A stretch of 64,000 bases of DNA from Candidatus Zhuqueibacterota bacterium (GCA_049322915.1 JBMOPW010000014.1:445517-509516), one strand, 5' to 3'. Positions 51,942-63,292 are shown, counted from the stretch's first letter. Numbers and translations are program-made. The notes: generated by a model from the letters alone, not told the origin.

Positions 51942-53276
51942 ATGAAGAACGTCCTTTTACTTTGCTACTATTTTCCGCCGATGGGCATGGGAGGCACTCA
52001 GCGCTCAGCCAAGTTCGTCAAGTATTTGCCGCAGTTTGGCTGGACGCCGCATGTCGTCACTGTCAAAGATGTCCGTTACTATGCCCACGACGAATCGCTT
52101 CTTGATGAATTGAAACATGCGCATATCCTGCGAACAGAGTCGTGGGATCCGCTGCGTTTGTGGGCGCGTCTCTCCTCTTCTGCGACAGAAAAACCGGGCA
52201 GCCGGAAGACCATGAAATCGCCGCCGTCAAAATCATGGATGAACCTGCTCAATCAGGTGATTGGCGTTTGGCTGCTGATTCCCGATTCCAAAATGCTCTG
52301 GCTTACGTTTGCCATTCGCGCTTCGTTGAAGCTCATCCGTCGCCAAAAAATTGATGTCGTTTATACAACCTCGCCTCCGCAATCCGCACACCTGGCCGGA
52401 CTCATTCTCAGTCAACTGACCGGGGTGAAATGGCTTGCTGATTTCAGAGATGACTGGACTGGCGGAGAGAGCCAGGCCAGTCCCACCGCGTTTCATCGAT
52501 TTATCAATCGCCTGTTCGAAAAACTGACGCTTAAACGTGCCGACCGAATCGTGGCCATGTGTGATTTTTTGAAAGCCAGCCTCCGGACAAAACACGGCTA
52601 CAGTGACCAATCCGGGAAATTCAAAACAATCCTCAACGGGTATGACCGGGACGATTTTTCCGGCATGATCCATGCGCCCCGGAACGAACTGTTCACCATC
52701 ACTCACTGCGGTTCAATCAGCCGCGTGAGTCATCCTGAGCCATTTCTGCGCGCTGTCAGCAATCTGTTTCGCGAGCACCCCGATCTGCGCCGCCGCATTC
52801 AGATTCAGTTTATTGGCACGGATATCTTCAATTCGCTGGAAGCGCTGCTGGTGAGGTACGGTCTGGAACAGACGATCCCGGCCATCCGCTATCTGCCGCA
52901 TCGGGATGCGCTGAGCCAGGTGATGCGGTCGCATCTGCTGCTGCTGACAATTTTCAAAAAGACGAATGAAGAAATTATCACCGGAAAGGTCTTTGAATAT
53001 CTCGCTTCGGGCAAGCCGATTTTGCTCATTTCAAGCCAGGGCGAAGTGGCGCAGATGATACAGCGGCATCGTCGCGGTACCTTGCTGGCGCATGACGATA
53101 TCGCCGGCATTCAAAAGTCGATTTTGAATTATTATCAATTGCACCAGGCCGGCCGGCTTCCGATGGCGCCGCCGCTTTCGTTGCAGGAATTCGACCGCGA
53201 ACATTTGACCGGTGAACTGGCGCGGGAGTTTCTGGAAATGACCGCGAACCAGGCCCATCGCACTGAAAAACATTGA
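51942..53276 (+). CDS. Glycosyltransferase family 4
   Basis: YYFPP..GG..R, TTSPP, ADFRDDW and GKVFEYLASGKPI. Confidence 0.88.
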   Translation: MKNVLLLCYYFPPMGMGGTQRSAKFVKYLPQFGWTPHVVTVKDVRYYAHDESLLDELKHAHILRTESWDPLRLWARLSSSATEKPGSRKTMKSPPSKSWMNLLNQVIGVWLLIPDSKMLWLTFAIRASLKLIRRQKIDVVYTTSPPQSAHLAGLILSQLTGVKWLADFRDDWTGGESQASPTAFHRFINRLFEKLTLKRADRIVAMCDFLKASLRTKHGYSDQSGKFKTILNGYDRDDFSGMIHAPRNELFTITHCGSISRVSHPEPFLRAVSNLFREHPDLRRRIQIQFIGTDIFNSLEALLVRYGLEQTIPAIRYLPHRDALSQVMRSHLLLLTIFKKTNEEIITGKVFEYLASGKPILLISSQGEVAQMIQRHRRGTLLAHDDIAGIQKSILNYYQLHQAGRLPMAPPLSLQEFDREHLTGELAREFLEMTANQAHRTEKH

Positions 53277-53312
53277 CATCTTTCATCGCATACAAATCAA
53301 AGGGGTTTCGTT

Positions 53313-55631
53313 GTGAAGTCGATTTTTACCGTGATTGTATTTTTCATTGTGAGTCTGGGGTACAATCCCCTCGCTGCACAGGAATATTTATGGCCCACGG
53401 ACGCGAGCCATTTTCTCACATCGTCATTTGCAGAGTACCGGCCGGGCCATTTTCATGCCGGCATCGATGTGAAAACCTGGGGCCAGATTGGGTACAAAGT
53501 CTTCGCGATTCGCGACGGCTACATCAGCCGCATCGGCGTGTCTCCGTTCGGCTACGGCAAAGTCATCTATCACACGATGGACACCGGCGAAACCGTGGTC
53601 TATGCCCATCTGAGCGGATTCAATAAACGGTTGGAGGCGTTTGTCAGGGGAGAGCAGAAGGCGAAAAAATCGTATCGCATCAATGCCTATTTGAAATCCG
53701 ATCAATTCCCGGTGAAAAAGGGCGAAGTGATCGGATACACCGGCGACACCGGCATCGGCTATCCCCATCTTCATTTTGAGATGCGCGACCAGGGGGGCAA
53801 TCCCATCAATCCATTTCTGCGTGGCTATAAAGTCGAAGATACCATTCCGCCGGCAGTCAGCGCCATCAGCATCTCCCCGTTGACATTCGACTCGCGCGTC
53901 AACGGCGACGCCACGGCTTTCATCGAACAGCCAACACTCGTTTCGAACGCACGATACGAGCTTCATTCTCGGCCGGTTGTCTCCGGAGAAATCGGCTTTG
54001 CTGTGGACTGCTTCGACCAGGCCAATGGGGTTGACAATAAATTTGCTGTGCATAAATTGGATTTCTACATCGATGAGACGCTGACATTCTCAGCCACCTA
54101 CAATACATTTTCCTACGCCCATTCGCACTTCATTGATTTCGACCGTGACTATCGGTTGAACGAGCGCGGCCTGGGACTTTTTCAAAAATTTTACAAAGAT
54201 GAATTCAATGAATTGCCAATTTACCTGCCAAAAGGGAAAACAAGCGGCCGGCTCTTCTGCGACCCTGAGCGTACTGCAGCAGATCCCTCTTCAAAGATTC
54301 TCGCTGCGGGCGAGCATCAATTCCGCGCCGAGCTATTCGATTTTTTTGGCAACGTCGCCGTGGTGCAGGGTAAATTTATGGTTGGAACGCGGGCAAAGCT
54401 TGTCGCTGACTTACTGAAAGAATCGCCGGGACGAGCGGTCATTTCCGGTATTCGCACCGAAGACGGCCCGCCGGCGAGGAGTTTGGAATTTTTCCTGAGT
54501 TCCACCGGAGGCGCACCGTGGAAGAGCATCTCCCCGGAAATCATTGAACAATTCACGACGGAAACCGCGCCCCCGAAGTATTCATTCGTCATCAGCCCGG
54601 TGCGGTCCGGGATGATATTGAAAATTCAGGCGACCGATGACCTGTCCATCCCGTCGTTGCCCTTGTTCTATTCAATCGGACAGGGCGATTCAACACAGGA
54701 CGACGTCCCTCAATTTTCCATTGTCAAAGATTTTTATGACGACTACGTTCGCCTGGTCGTTCGCTCCGGTAGCCCGCTGCTTTCAATGCCAAAGTTATTG
54801 GTTCAACAAACCGGCTTGCCGGCGACGGAAATTCCGCTCCGGCAGACCAATGCCAGTGAATTCGCCGGCGTCTACAAACTGATCCCGGTGAAGAACGGAT
54901 CGCTCTCCTTCGAAGTCGGCGCGCGCGACGCCGCTGGAAATGAGCTTCTCAACTGGGATCAACTGGATATTGCGCCGGTCACGCCGGCGCTGGGGGGAGC
55001 CATGAGTTCGAAAGATGCGAAGTGCGCTGTCAGCTTCAAGCCCGGCGCTGTGTACGACACGTTGTACCTGCGAATCGAGCCAATTGGGGCTGTTGACAAT
55101 CCCGGCTATGATGCCGTCGGCCAGGCCTATCAAATCCAGCCCTCCGACATCCCGATGAAAGGTAAGGCAAAAGTGCAACTGAGCTACCCGTACAGCGATT
55201 TGATGCCGAATAAACTGGCGGTGTATCGTAAGGGTCGCGAAAAATGGAGCTTCGTCGGGGCAGCGCTGGACGAGGTGACGAAGTCCGTGAGCTGCGATGT
55301 GTCCGGCCTGGGCGCATTCACACTTATTCGGGACGAGGCCCCACCGGTGGTCAACATCAGCTACCCGGCGCCGGGTCAGCAACTGACGAACAAACGACCC
55401 ACGTTCACGGCCGTTGTCTTCGACGAACTTTCCGGCATTGCGGACGAACGGTCCATCATCATGAAAATCGACGATGAAATCGCCATCGCTGAATTCGATC
55501 CGGAGACAAAAACCCTCACCTACCAGCCGGACGAGCCGCTCGCGCCGGGCAGCCATCGCCTTTCTGTGCGGGCCATTGACAATTCAAAAAATGAGTCGAC
55601 GCGCGTGTGTCACTTTGTGATCATCGAATAG
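53313..55631 (+). CDS. M23-family metallopeptidase with C-terminal Ig-like domains
   Basis: HFHAGID, YAHL and PHLHFE; signal peptide. Confidence 0.9.
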   Translation: MKSIFTVIVFFIVSLGYNPLAAQEYLWPTDASHFLTSSFAEYRPGHFHAGIDVKTWGQIGYKVFAIRDGYISRIGVSPFGYGKVIYHTMDTGETVVYAHLSGFNKRLEAFVRGEQKAKKSYRINAYLKSDQFPVKKGEVIGYTGDTGIGYPHLHFEMRDQGGNPINPFLRGYKVEDTIPPAVSAISISPLTFDSRVNGDATAFIEQPTLVSNARYELHSRPVVSGEIGFAVDCFDQANGVDNKFAVHKLDFYIDETLTFSATYNTFSYAHSHFIDFDRDYRLNERGLGLFQKFYKDEFNELPIYLPKGKTSGRLFCDPERTAADPSSKILAAGEHQFRAELFDFFGNVAVVQGKFMVGTRAKLVADLLKESPGRAVISGIRTEDGPPARSLEFFLSSTGGAPWKSISPEIIEQFTTETAPPKYSFVISPVRSGMILKIQATDDLSIPSLPLFYSIGQGDSTQDDVPQFSIVKDFYDDYVRLVVRSGSPLLSMPKLLVQQTGLPATEIPLRQTNASEFAGVYKLIPVKNGSLSFEVGARDAAGNELLNWDQLDIAPVTPALGGAMSSKDAKCAVSFKPGAVYDTLYLRIEPIGAVDNPGYDAVGQAYQIQPSDIPMKGKAKVQLSYPYSDLMPNKLAVYRKGREKWSFVGAALDEVTKSVSCDVSGLGAFTLIRDEAPPVVNISYPAPGQQLTNKRPTFTAVVFDELSGIADERSIIMKIDDEIAIAEFDPETKTLTYQPDEPLAPGSHRLSVRAIDNSKNESTRVCHFVIIE

Positions 55632-55741
55632 GTTGGTCTTAAAAGTTAGTGCGCTACATTATTGCTCTGTTCGGACGGAATTCCTGAGAAAGATTCAGTT
55701 AAAAATCGGCCCGTGACGCTAAACCTGAACCAGGGAGGTCT

Positions 55742-57064
55742 ATGACCCAACTCAGTCGAAAATTAACGCTGCTCGATCTGACCATGATCGCCATTGGCTC
55801 TGTCATTGGCTCGGGAATTTTCATCACGCCGGCGCTCATCGCCAAACAACTTCCGTCCCCGGCATGGGTTTTAGCCGTCTGGATCATGGGCGGTGTCATC
55901 ACGCTGACCGGCGCCCTGACCTTTGCGGAACTGGGCGCAATGATGCCGCGCGCTGGCGGAGTCTATGTCTACCTGTCCGAGACTTACGGCGGGCTATGGG
56001 GATTCCTTTACGGCTGGGGCTATTTTCTGGTGGTCAATACCGGCGGCATCGCCGCGCTGAGCATCGCCTTTGCGACCTATCTGGCATACTTCGTCCCAAT
56101 GAGTCCGTTGGCAGTGAAGCTGGTCGCCATTGGCGGCATCGTGTTTCTGACAGTGGTGAATGTTCGCGGCGTCAAAGCCGGGGCAATTTTCTCCGATCTG
56201 TTCACGTCGTTGAAAGTGATCGGTATTGCCGGACTCATCGTGGTCGGTTTCGGATGGGGAACGCAATCGGCTCCGGATTTTTCTGCGCCGCTGGGCGCAT
56301 TGCCCGATGGGCTCGGGAGCGCGCTGACGCTGGCCATGGTTGGCGTCATCTGGTCGTGCGGCGGCTGGCAGCATGCAAGTTTCACCGCTGGCGAGGCCAT
56401 CAATCCCAGGCGCGACGTGCCGTTGGGAATGGTGACCGGGGCGGTCATTGTCACTGTCATCTATCTGCTGACCAATATTGCCTACATGCTGCTCCTGCCA
56501 TTGAATGAAATGGCGGCTTCGAGCCGCGTCGCTTCCGATGCGGTGAAGACTGTGCTGGGGCCTGTCGGTGGCAGCCTCATTGCGCTGGTGATTTGCATTT
56601 CCACATTTGGCACTGCCGGCATTTACACGCTCACCGCGCCGCGCATCTATTTCGCCATGGCTCAGGATAAAGTATTTTTCCAACTCGCGGCCAGAGTCCA
56701 TCCCAGATATCACACCCCGGCGTTTTCCATCCTGATTCAATCCGGTTGGGCCATTCTGCTCATCCTCTTCTGGGGCACATTCGAAAATTTGATCTCGTAC
56801 GTTGTTTTCACGGACGCCATCTTTTTCGCGTTCGCTGCGGCGGCTGTGCTCGTCCTTCGCAAACGGGAACCGGACGCAGAGCGCCCCTACAAAACATTGG
56901 GCTACCCGCTGACGCCGTTGATTTTCATCGCCATCGAGTCCTGGTTTGTGCTGAATACGCTTTTTGAAAAACCGGTGCAATCGTTCATTGGGATCGGGGT
57001 CATCCTTCTTGGAGTGCCAGTCTATTACTTTTGGAAGAGCGGTAAAAGTGTTACTGATAGGTAA
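55742..57064 (+). CDS. APC-family amino acid permease
   Basis: IGSGIF, FAELGAMMPRAGG and GEAINPRR. Confidence 0.93.
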   Translation: MTQLSRKLTLLDLTMIAIGSVIGSGIFITPALIAKQLPSPAWVLAVWIMGGVITLTGALTFAELGAMMPRAGGVYVYLSETYGGLWGFLYGWGYFLVVNTGGIAALSIAFATYLAYFVPMSPLAVKLVAIGGIVFLTVVNVRGVKAGAIFSDLFTSLKVIGIAGLIVVGFGWGTQSAPDFSAPLGALPDGLGSALTLAMVGVIWSCGGWQHASFTAGEAINPRRDVPLGMVTGAVIVTVIYLLTNIAYMLLLPLNEMAASSRVASDAVKTVLGPVGGSLIALVICISTFGTAGIYTLTAPRIYFAMAQDKVFFQLAARVHPRYHTPAFSILIQSGWAILLILFWGTFENLISYVVFTDAIFFAFAAAAVLVLRKREPDAERPYKTLGYPLTPLIFIAIESWFVLNTLFEKPVQSFIGIGVILLGVPVYYFWKSGKSVTDR

Positions 57065-57089
57065 AATGCTGAGAAAAACACAAGGAGGG

Positions 57090-57130
57090 AAAGACCCTGG
57101 CACCTGCCTGTTACCAGGGTCTTTTTGTTT
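57090..57130. terminator. Bidirectional rho-independent terminator
   Basis: AAAGACCCTGG..CCAGGGTCTTTTTTG. Confidence 0.8.
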
Positions 57131-57207
57131 TACCCGATAGAATAGGTAATCTTGATGAAGTTAAGTAGCTGTTGAATGAGTAACTTTTTTCTCTCTGCCA
57201 TGAAAAT

Positions 57208-57224
57208 AGCAATGCGTGTGCCAA
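57208..57224 (-). promoter_or_regulatory. Sigma54 promoter
   Basis: TTGGCAC-ACGCA-TTGCT matches the -24/-12 consensus. Confidence 0.65.
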
Positions 57225-57632
57225 ATTTTATACATTCTCAGGAGCCCGCAAGCGTCCGATTTTACGGGCCACTCCGCCAATCCAACAAATAACAGAGGGC
57301 CTGACATTTCCCGGTAACAAGACACACGCGACACTTCTGTTCCCGCACTGTGTATTTGAACCATGTCTTTTGTGTTGGAATTAAATGGGTTAAAAACGGA
57401 TGAGACGCGTTGGGCGCTGTGTCAAAATAAATAAGAGACAGGATTGATTAAATGAGACAGGTGAGACAGTGAGGGTGAACTGCATCCTGGCCATCTGAAA
57501 AAACGCTGCGCAGAAATCCATACAACGAAATAACTTCTATTTTTTGTATCTGTCAGGTCGCAAGTGTGTTATTTAAATTACCGTGCAAAAAAGTCATTAT
57601 TAAAAAAAGATGCAAAAAATCATAAATTTATC

Positions 57633-57661
57633 TTGCACTTGAATATTCTATGTCGTATATT
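57633..57661 (+). promoter_or_regulatory. Sigma70 promoter of the cold-shock gene (long 5' UTR of about 185 nt)
   Basis: TTGCAC-17 bp-TATATT. Confidence 0.55.
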
Positions 57662-57853
57662 TCACCACTAATTTACTGTACCCTGTTTTTCCTGCTTTTT
57701 CTTTTTTAGTGGTAAAACATTTTTCAGATAACACTAGTAAAACTAAAGAAAATCGTGGAGAATGGTACGCAACTATTCAAAGCGATTTTTTGTTAGAGAC
57801 AAGCTGAGAACAGAGATGTACGCAACACTTATTTTTTAATTAGGAATGATTCA

Positions 57854-58054
57854 ATGGAAAAAGGCACAGTCAAATGGTTCAACAGCTCAAAAGGCTTTGG
57901 TTTCATCAGTCGGGAAAAAGGTGATGATGTATTTGTCCACTACAATGCTATTGAAGGCAATGGCTACAAATCGCTGGAGGAAGGCGATCAGGTTCAGTTT
58001 GAAATAGGACAAGGACCCAAAGGCTTACAAGCCACCAAAGTCTCCAAAATATAA
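57854..58054 (+). CDS. Cold-shock protein (CspA family)
   Basis: GTVKWFN, KGFGFI (RNP1) and DVFVHY (RNP2). Confidence 0.97.
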   Translation: MEKGTVKWFNSSKGFGFISREKGDDVFVHYNAIEGNGYKSLEEGDQVQFEIGQGPKGLQATKVSKI

Positions 58055-58073
58055 TTTGATGACAAGGTTGAAC

Positions 58074-58109
58074 AAACCCTGGCCAATTTTGGCTGGGGTT
58101 TTTTTATTT
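58074..58109 (+). terminator. Rho-independent terminator
   Basis: AAACCCTGGCCAA..TTGGCTGGGGTTT followed by a T tract. Confidence 0.75.
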
Positions 58110-58557
58110 TAAGGACCAAATTTTTATATTGTTGCAAAAAAGTTATGTGCGAACAAGGTGTATCTGTCATTCTTATTTGAACTATACAAAACTCTGAAGC
58201 AAGCTTCGGCGCTGCAAGGATGAAAACGCACAAGACTTAATAACGTAAACATTCCTTTCAAGGATGCTTCAATCGTTCGGTTCACGCCACGCCCTTGCTT
58301 CCGCTGCAAGCAATGTTAGTTGCTCATTAAAATAACGCTGACCTACTCTTTAGCGCGTAATAAAAATCGTAACGACTCAGGTGTTCTCACCATGCTGAAG
58401 TATGGTGTTGGTTCAAAATTGTGCCAACACCACGATTTATTGTGGTGTTCAAAAATCAACCAGCCAGTTGACTCTCCGATTCAGCAGCTTCAGAAAGTAC
58501 TACTAAAACCACAGAATGTCGTGTTCGGGAATCGGCACGGGATAGTAAGTTAGCCTC

Positions 58558-60294
58558 TCAGCCTTCCAGAGCCTTGCGCAGCTTCTCCTCTAAATCCTTC
58601 AACGAGAATGGTTTCTGGATGAAATGCTCGCCTTGGTCCAGCACCCCGTGGTGTGCGATGATATCGGCTGTGTAGCCGGACATGTACAGGCGTTTGAGGC
58701 TCGGATGGATGGACAAGAGGTTCCTGGCCAGATCGCACCCGTCCATTTCCGGCATAATCACGTCAGTCAGGAGCAGGTCGATCCGGCCGGTGTGTTCACT
58801 GGCAAGACGGATGGCCTCACCCGGGGAACTCGCCGCCAGCACGGTGTAACCCTGTCGCGTGAGCATGCTCGTGGTCATTTTCAGGACCGCCGGTTCGTCT
58901 TCCACGAGCAGTATGGTTTCGTGGCGGCGCACAGTCGCCTGAACCGGAACCATTTCCGGCTGAGGCTCTGTTTTGGCCGCATGTCGCGGCAGGTAGATTT
59001 TGAAGGTCGTTCCTTGTCCCTGCACGCTGGAAACGTTGATGAAGCCGTTGTTCTGTTTGACGATACCGTACACGGTGGCCAAACCCAGCCCGGTGCCCTT
59101 GCCCATTTCTTTGGTCGTGAAAAAAGGTTCGAATACGAGGAGGAGTGTCTTGGAATCCATGCCACAGCCGTTGTCGCTCACGGTCAGCGTCACGTAATCG
59201 CCCGGGGTGAAACCCGCCTGCCGGGCGCAGAATGCCTCGTCCAGGGTGGTATTGTGTGACTCTACGGTGATCTTGCCAATGTCCGCAATGGCGTCCCGGG
59301 CGTTGACGCAAAGGTTGGCCAGCATCTGATCGATCTGGGTGGGGTCCATCTTGACCGGCCAGAGACCTCGGCCAGGTTTCCAGTCCAGGACGATGTCCTC
59401 TCTGATGAGCCGTCGCAGCATTATTAATATGCCTTCCACCGTATTGTTGAGATCAAGCACTCTGGGCGCAATTGTCTGTTTGCTGGCAAAGGCCAATAGC
59501 TGGCTTGTGAGGTTGGCGGAGCGCCGGGCAGCCTTCCGAATATCCTCAAGGTCGGCATGCAGAGGGTCGTCATGCTCAACACGATTGAGGGCCAGTTCTG
59601 TGTACCCCAGGATGGCGCACAGCATATTGTTGAAATCGTGGGCCACTCCGCCGGCCAGCCTTCCCACCGACTCCATCTTCTGGGCCTGGGACAAATGGGC
59701 CTGGAGTTTCTCGCTTTTCTCCTCTGCCAGTTTGCGGTCGGTGATGTCGCTGATTACGACGCGGCACACAGGCGCGCCGTTATTCGCCCGGGCGGCAGTT
59801 GCCGTCAGATGCGCCCAGAAGAAGGTGCCGTCCGGTTTGACCAGCCGTAATTCGCATTCCTGGGGTTCGCCCGTCTCAAAAAGCTTTTTGCGATGCAGGT
59901 AATAGATGTCCTGGTCATCTTTGAGGATGAAGCGCGAGATCGGCAGCTTTGGCAGCATGCCGCGGGCAGTACCCAGCAGAGTGGCGGCTGTGAGGTTGGC
60001 CTCCAGGAACAGCCCCTGCTCGGACAGGGTGCAATAACCCACAGGGGCCAGGTCATAGAGGTCGAAATAGCGCGCGCGCCCGGCTTCGATCTCCGCCTGG
60101 GCCGTGCGAAGCTCCTCGTTCTGCATCTCCAGTTCGATCTGGTGCACCTGCAGCTCGTGGAGCGTTTTCCGAATTTCCTCGGGCGAAAGGGCCGCGCTGT
60201 CCCCCTGCGTCCGGGAGGCCATTTCCCGGACCAGCGCTTCGGCCTTTTGCCGCAAATCTGTTGCGTCTTTGTGGTGGCTGTCCTGAGTTGTCAT
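58558..60294 (-). CDS. PAS hybrid histidine kinase / response regulator
   Basis: LHELQVHQIELEMQNEEL coil, PAS, AHDFNN H-box, GTGLGL and receiver LLLTDVIMP. Confidence 0.93.
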   Translation of the reverse strand: MTTQDSHHKDATDLRQKAEALVREMASRTQGDSAALSPEEIRKTLHELQVHQIELEMQNEELRTAQAEIEAGRARYFDLYDLAPVGYCTLSEQGLFLEANLTAATLLGTARGMLPKLPISRFILKDDQDIYYLHRKKLFETGEPQECELRLVKPDGTFFWAHLTATAARANNGAPVCRVVISDITDRKLAEEKSEKLQAHLSQAQKMESVGRLAGGVAHDFNNMLCAILGYTELALNRVEHDDPLHADLEDIRKAARRSANLTSQLLAFASKQTIAPRVLDLNNTVEGILIMLRRLIREDIVLDWKPGRGLWPVKMDPTQIDQMLANLCVNARDAIADIGKITVESHNTTLDEAFCARQAGFTPGDYVTLTVSDNGCGMDSKTLLLVFEPFFTTKEMGKGTGLGLATVYGIVKQNNGFINVSSVQGQGTTFKIYLPRHAAKTEPQPEMVPVQATVRRHETILLVEDEPAVLKMTTSMLTRQGYTVLAASSPGEAIRLASEHTGRIDLLLTDVIMPEMDGCDLARNLLSIHPSLKRLYMSGYTADIIAHHGVLDQGEHFIQKPFSLKDLEEKLRKALEG

Positions 60295-63292
60295 AGGTTG
60301 CCTCCTTCATCTTTAGAAGACAAAGTGTTGTTTGCGCCGGCTTCCGTCCGCTCCCGGCTTTGTTGTCCGGTGACGTCCAGCGAGGCGCAGGTGATCCCGA
60401 CAATGGCGCCGGCAGCATCTCGCAGCGGCTCGATTGTCAGGTCATACACAAAAGTTTTGCCTGCAATAGTGGAACGGACGATTTGTCGCGCGCCTTTTCC
60501 GCTTTCCAGCACCTGTTGTTTGATGGCAATCAGTGGAGCGGCTTCCTGTTCCGGCAGAAGGTCGGCGTCGGTCATGCCGATGATCTGTTCCAATTGAAAT
60601 CCAGGATTAGGGTTGTGAATCCAGGTGTAGCGTAAATCCGTATCCTGATTGAAAACGGAAAGGGCAGCCGCACTGACGGCGACCCGTAAACGCTCCTCGT
60701 TCACCCGCAACGCCTCGTAAATTGCTCGCGCCTCCGTGACGTCAATAAAGGTGAGCACTGCGCCCTCGATGACGTTATCCATGGTGCGGTAGGGCAGAAT
60801 GCGCATGGTAAACCACCGGCCATCAGCGCTCTGCACGTCGAGTTCTTTGGGAATCAGGGAGTTTAGCACTGCCTGGGTGTCCGCCGTCAGGGCGTCGTAG
60901 CCGGGCAGGTTGGTGAGGATGTGGCCCACCGGCCTGCCGATGTCGCTCTGGATCAGGTTTATGATTTTTGTGGCGGCGGGGGTGAAGCGCAGGATGCGCA
61001 GGTGATGGTCCACAAAGACTGTGGCGATGCCAGTGCCGGCCAGCAGGTTATTCATGTCGTTGTTGGCCCGCGACAGGTCGGCCACCTTGGTCTGCAGCTC
61101 GGCGTTGACGGTTGCCAGCTCCTCGTTCACCGATTGCAGTTCCTCCTTGGAGGTTTCCAGTTCCTCGTTGGTGGACTGCAGTTCTTCGTTTATTGACTGC
61201 ATCTCCTCGTTGGCGGATTTCAACTCTTCGTTGGAGGTCTCCAATTCTTCGTTGGTGGTCTGGAGATACTCCTCCTTTGCCCGCAACTCCTGCCTGAGTG
61301 CGGCGATGCGGGTGTCGTCATCATCGCTGTCCTGCCCACTGCTCACGGGTAACGTCTCACGGATCACCGGCGCCTGGGCCTGCTCCAAAATGACGAGGAA
61401 CAGGGGTGTATCGAGCGAGGCGGCGCGGGCGTCGGCCACCGGACGGATGGTCAGGTTGACGGTGGTGATATCGCCGTTGGTCTTGACCCGAAGACCCGGA
61501 CAGCGCACGGTGTCCTTTATCCCCGCGGCTTTGTGCAGGGCTGTGATCAGATCCCGGCGCAGCCCTTCCCTGGCCATCTTCAGAATGTTGTTGGGACCGC
61601 TCTCCCCGGGGCTGGGCTCCAGGTACATGCCGGTGCGGCCGTGGAGATAGAGGATGTCGCCCTGGGCATCGACCAGAGCTCCTGCCTGGAATATTTCCTG
61701 CAGCAGAGCTTGTTCGGTTAGTTCGCGCAGCGGCAGTTTCCCGCGGTAGGTCGTCTTTTCGCCGGTGCGCAGGGACTCTGTATGGGGTGCCGTCTTGGGC
61801 GGCACAAACCGATCCAGTCCCGGGCGCCGGGCGCCGAGGAGGTCTTCCTTGCGTTGATACAACTTACACCTGCGGTCAAGCGTGGCAAAGAGATCGCCAA
61901 ACTCGCCCACGGTTTCGGATGTCCCCAGAAAGAGAAAACCGCCCGGGTTCAAAGCATAATGAAATAGTGGGATGAGCCTCCTCTGCAGATCGCCGCCCAG
62001 GTAGATCAGCAGGTTTCGGCAGCTGATCAAGTCCAACTTGGAGAAGGGCGGGTCCCTGATCAGGTTTTGCTCGGAAAAGACCAGCATGTCCCTGATGCCC
62101 TTATGGATACAAAAGGCGCTATCGCCCGGCTCGGGCGAGAAGAAGCGCGCCAGCCTCTCCGGCGTGAGGTCTGAGGCGATGGAGGTCGGATAGATGCCGG
62201 CACGGGCTGCGGTAATGGCGTGGCTGTCGATGTCCGTAGGGAAAACCTGCACTTTGAAGTTCTGCTTGAGCGCCTCCTGGCGCTCAGCCAGCAGGATGGC
62301 CAGGGAATAGGCCTCCTCGCCGGTGGAACACCCCGGCACCCAGATGCGGACTGTGGCATCCGGGTGCTTGCCGGCAAAAAGTTTGGGGATGACTTGTTCC
62401 TCCAGGGCTTTGAAAGCTTCGGGGTCGCGGAAGAAATTGGTCACACCGATCAGCATGTCGCGAAACAGGGCGTCCACTTCATTGGGCGTTTGCTGGATGA
62501 ACTTGACATAGCCCGCCATGGTGTTGATCTGCTGGACGGCCATGCGCCGTTCGATGCGGCGTTGGATGGTGGATGGTTTGTACTGGGACAAGTCGTGGCC
62601 GGTCTGGGGGGCTTGCCAAAGGCATGAGTCACATAGGCGATGAGTTGGGCCGGCATCTCGGCCGGGGGCAGTTCGTAATCCACCAGGCCTGTGCCGATGG
62701 CGCTGCGAGGCATGCCGTCGTATTCGGTGGACTCCGGGTTCTGGGCCATAACCATACCGCCCTCGCCTTTGATGGCCCGCACCCCCAGGGTACCATCGCT
62801 GCCTGTCCCCGAGAGCACCACGCCGATGGCCCGCTCGCGCTGGTCATGGGCCAGTGACCGGAAAAAGAAGTCGATGGGCAGGCGCTGGCCGCGCGGGGCC
62901 GCCGGCTCCAGCAGTTGCAGTGCGCCGTTCAGGAACGCCATGTCGCGGCCAGGCGGTATGATATAGGCGCAATTGGGCTGCACCTCCATGCCGTCCTCGA
63001 CCTCAAAGACCTGCATTCGGGTGTAGCGCCGGATCAGGTCAGTCAGGATGCTCTTGTGGTCCGGGGCGAGGTGCTGCACCAGCACAAACGCCATACCCGG
63101 TTCAAATCCTGCGGGCATGCCGGAAAAGAAAGCCTCAAACGCAGCCAGGCCCCCTGCAGAAGCGCCGATGCCCACAATGGGGAAGCCGCCCGCGGCCCGG
63201 TCACTTTTTAGCTGCTCCGGCAGTATGCTGGCCTTCGTTTCCTCTTGATGTGGGCCAGTCTGTTTGGTCAAGTCTTTTTTTTTCTTTGTCAT
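60291..63292 (-). pseudogene. CheB methylesterase / CheR methyltransferase / PAS fusion, frameshifted near 62590-62610
   Basis: CheB (GASAGG, QHL, LSGTGSDG) is in one frame; CheR (GCSTGEE, CRNLLIY) plus coiled coil and PAS is in another. Confidence 0.85.

Noticed and set aside
55994..57103. 369-aa antisense ORF, and similar long shadow ORFs at 5852-6655, 54795-55556 and 59893-60597
   Set aside because: They lie antisense to well-supported genes and lack motifs, as expected from codon bias.
58402..58460. Palindrome TGGTGTTGG..CCAACACCA
   Set aside because: A real inverted repeat, but with no U tract and no assignable downstream gene; function cannot be supported.
61100..61270. 21-bp periodic repeats resembling an array
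   Set aside because: They encode the NEEL heptad coiled coil of CheB/CheR fusions; not CRISPR.
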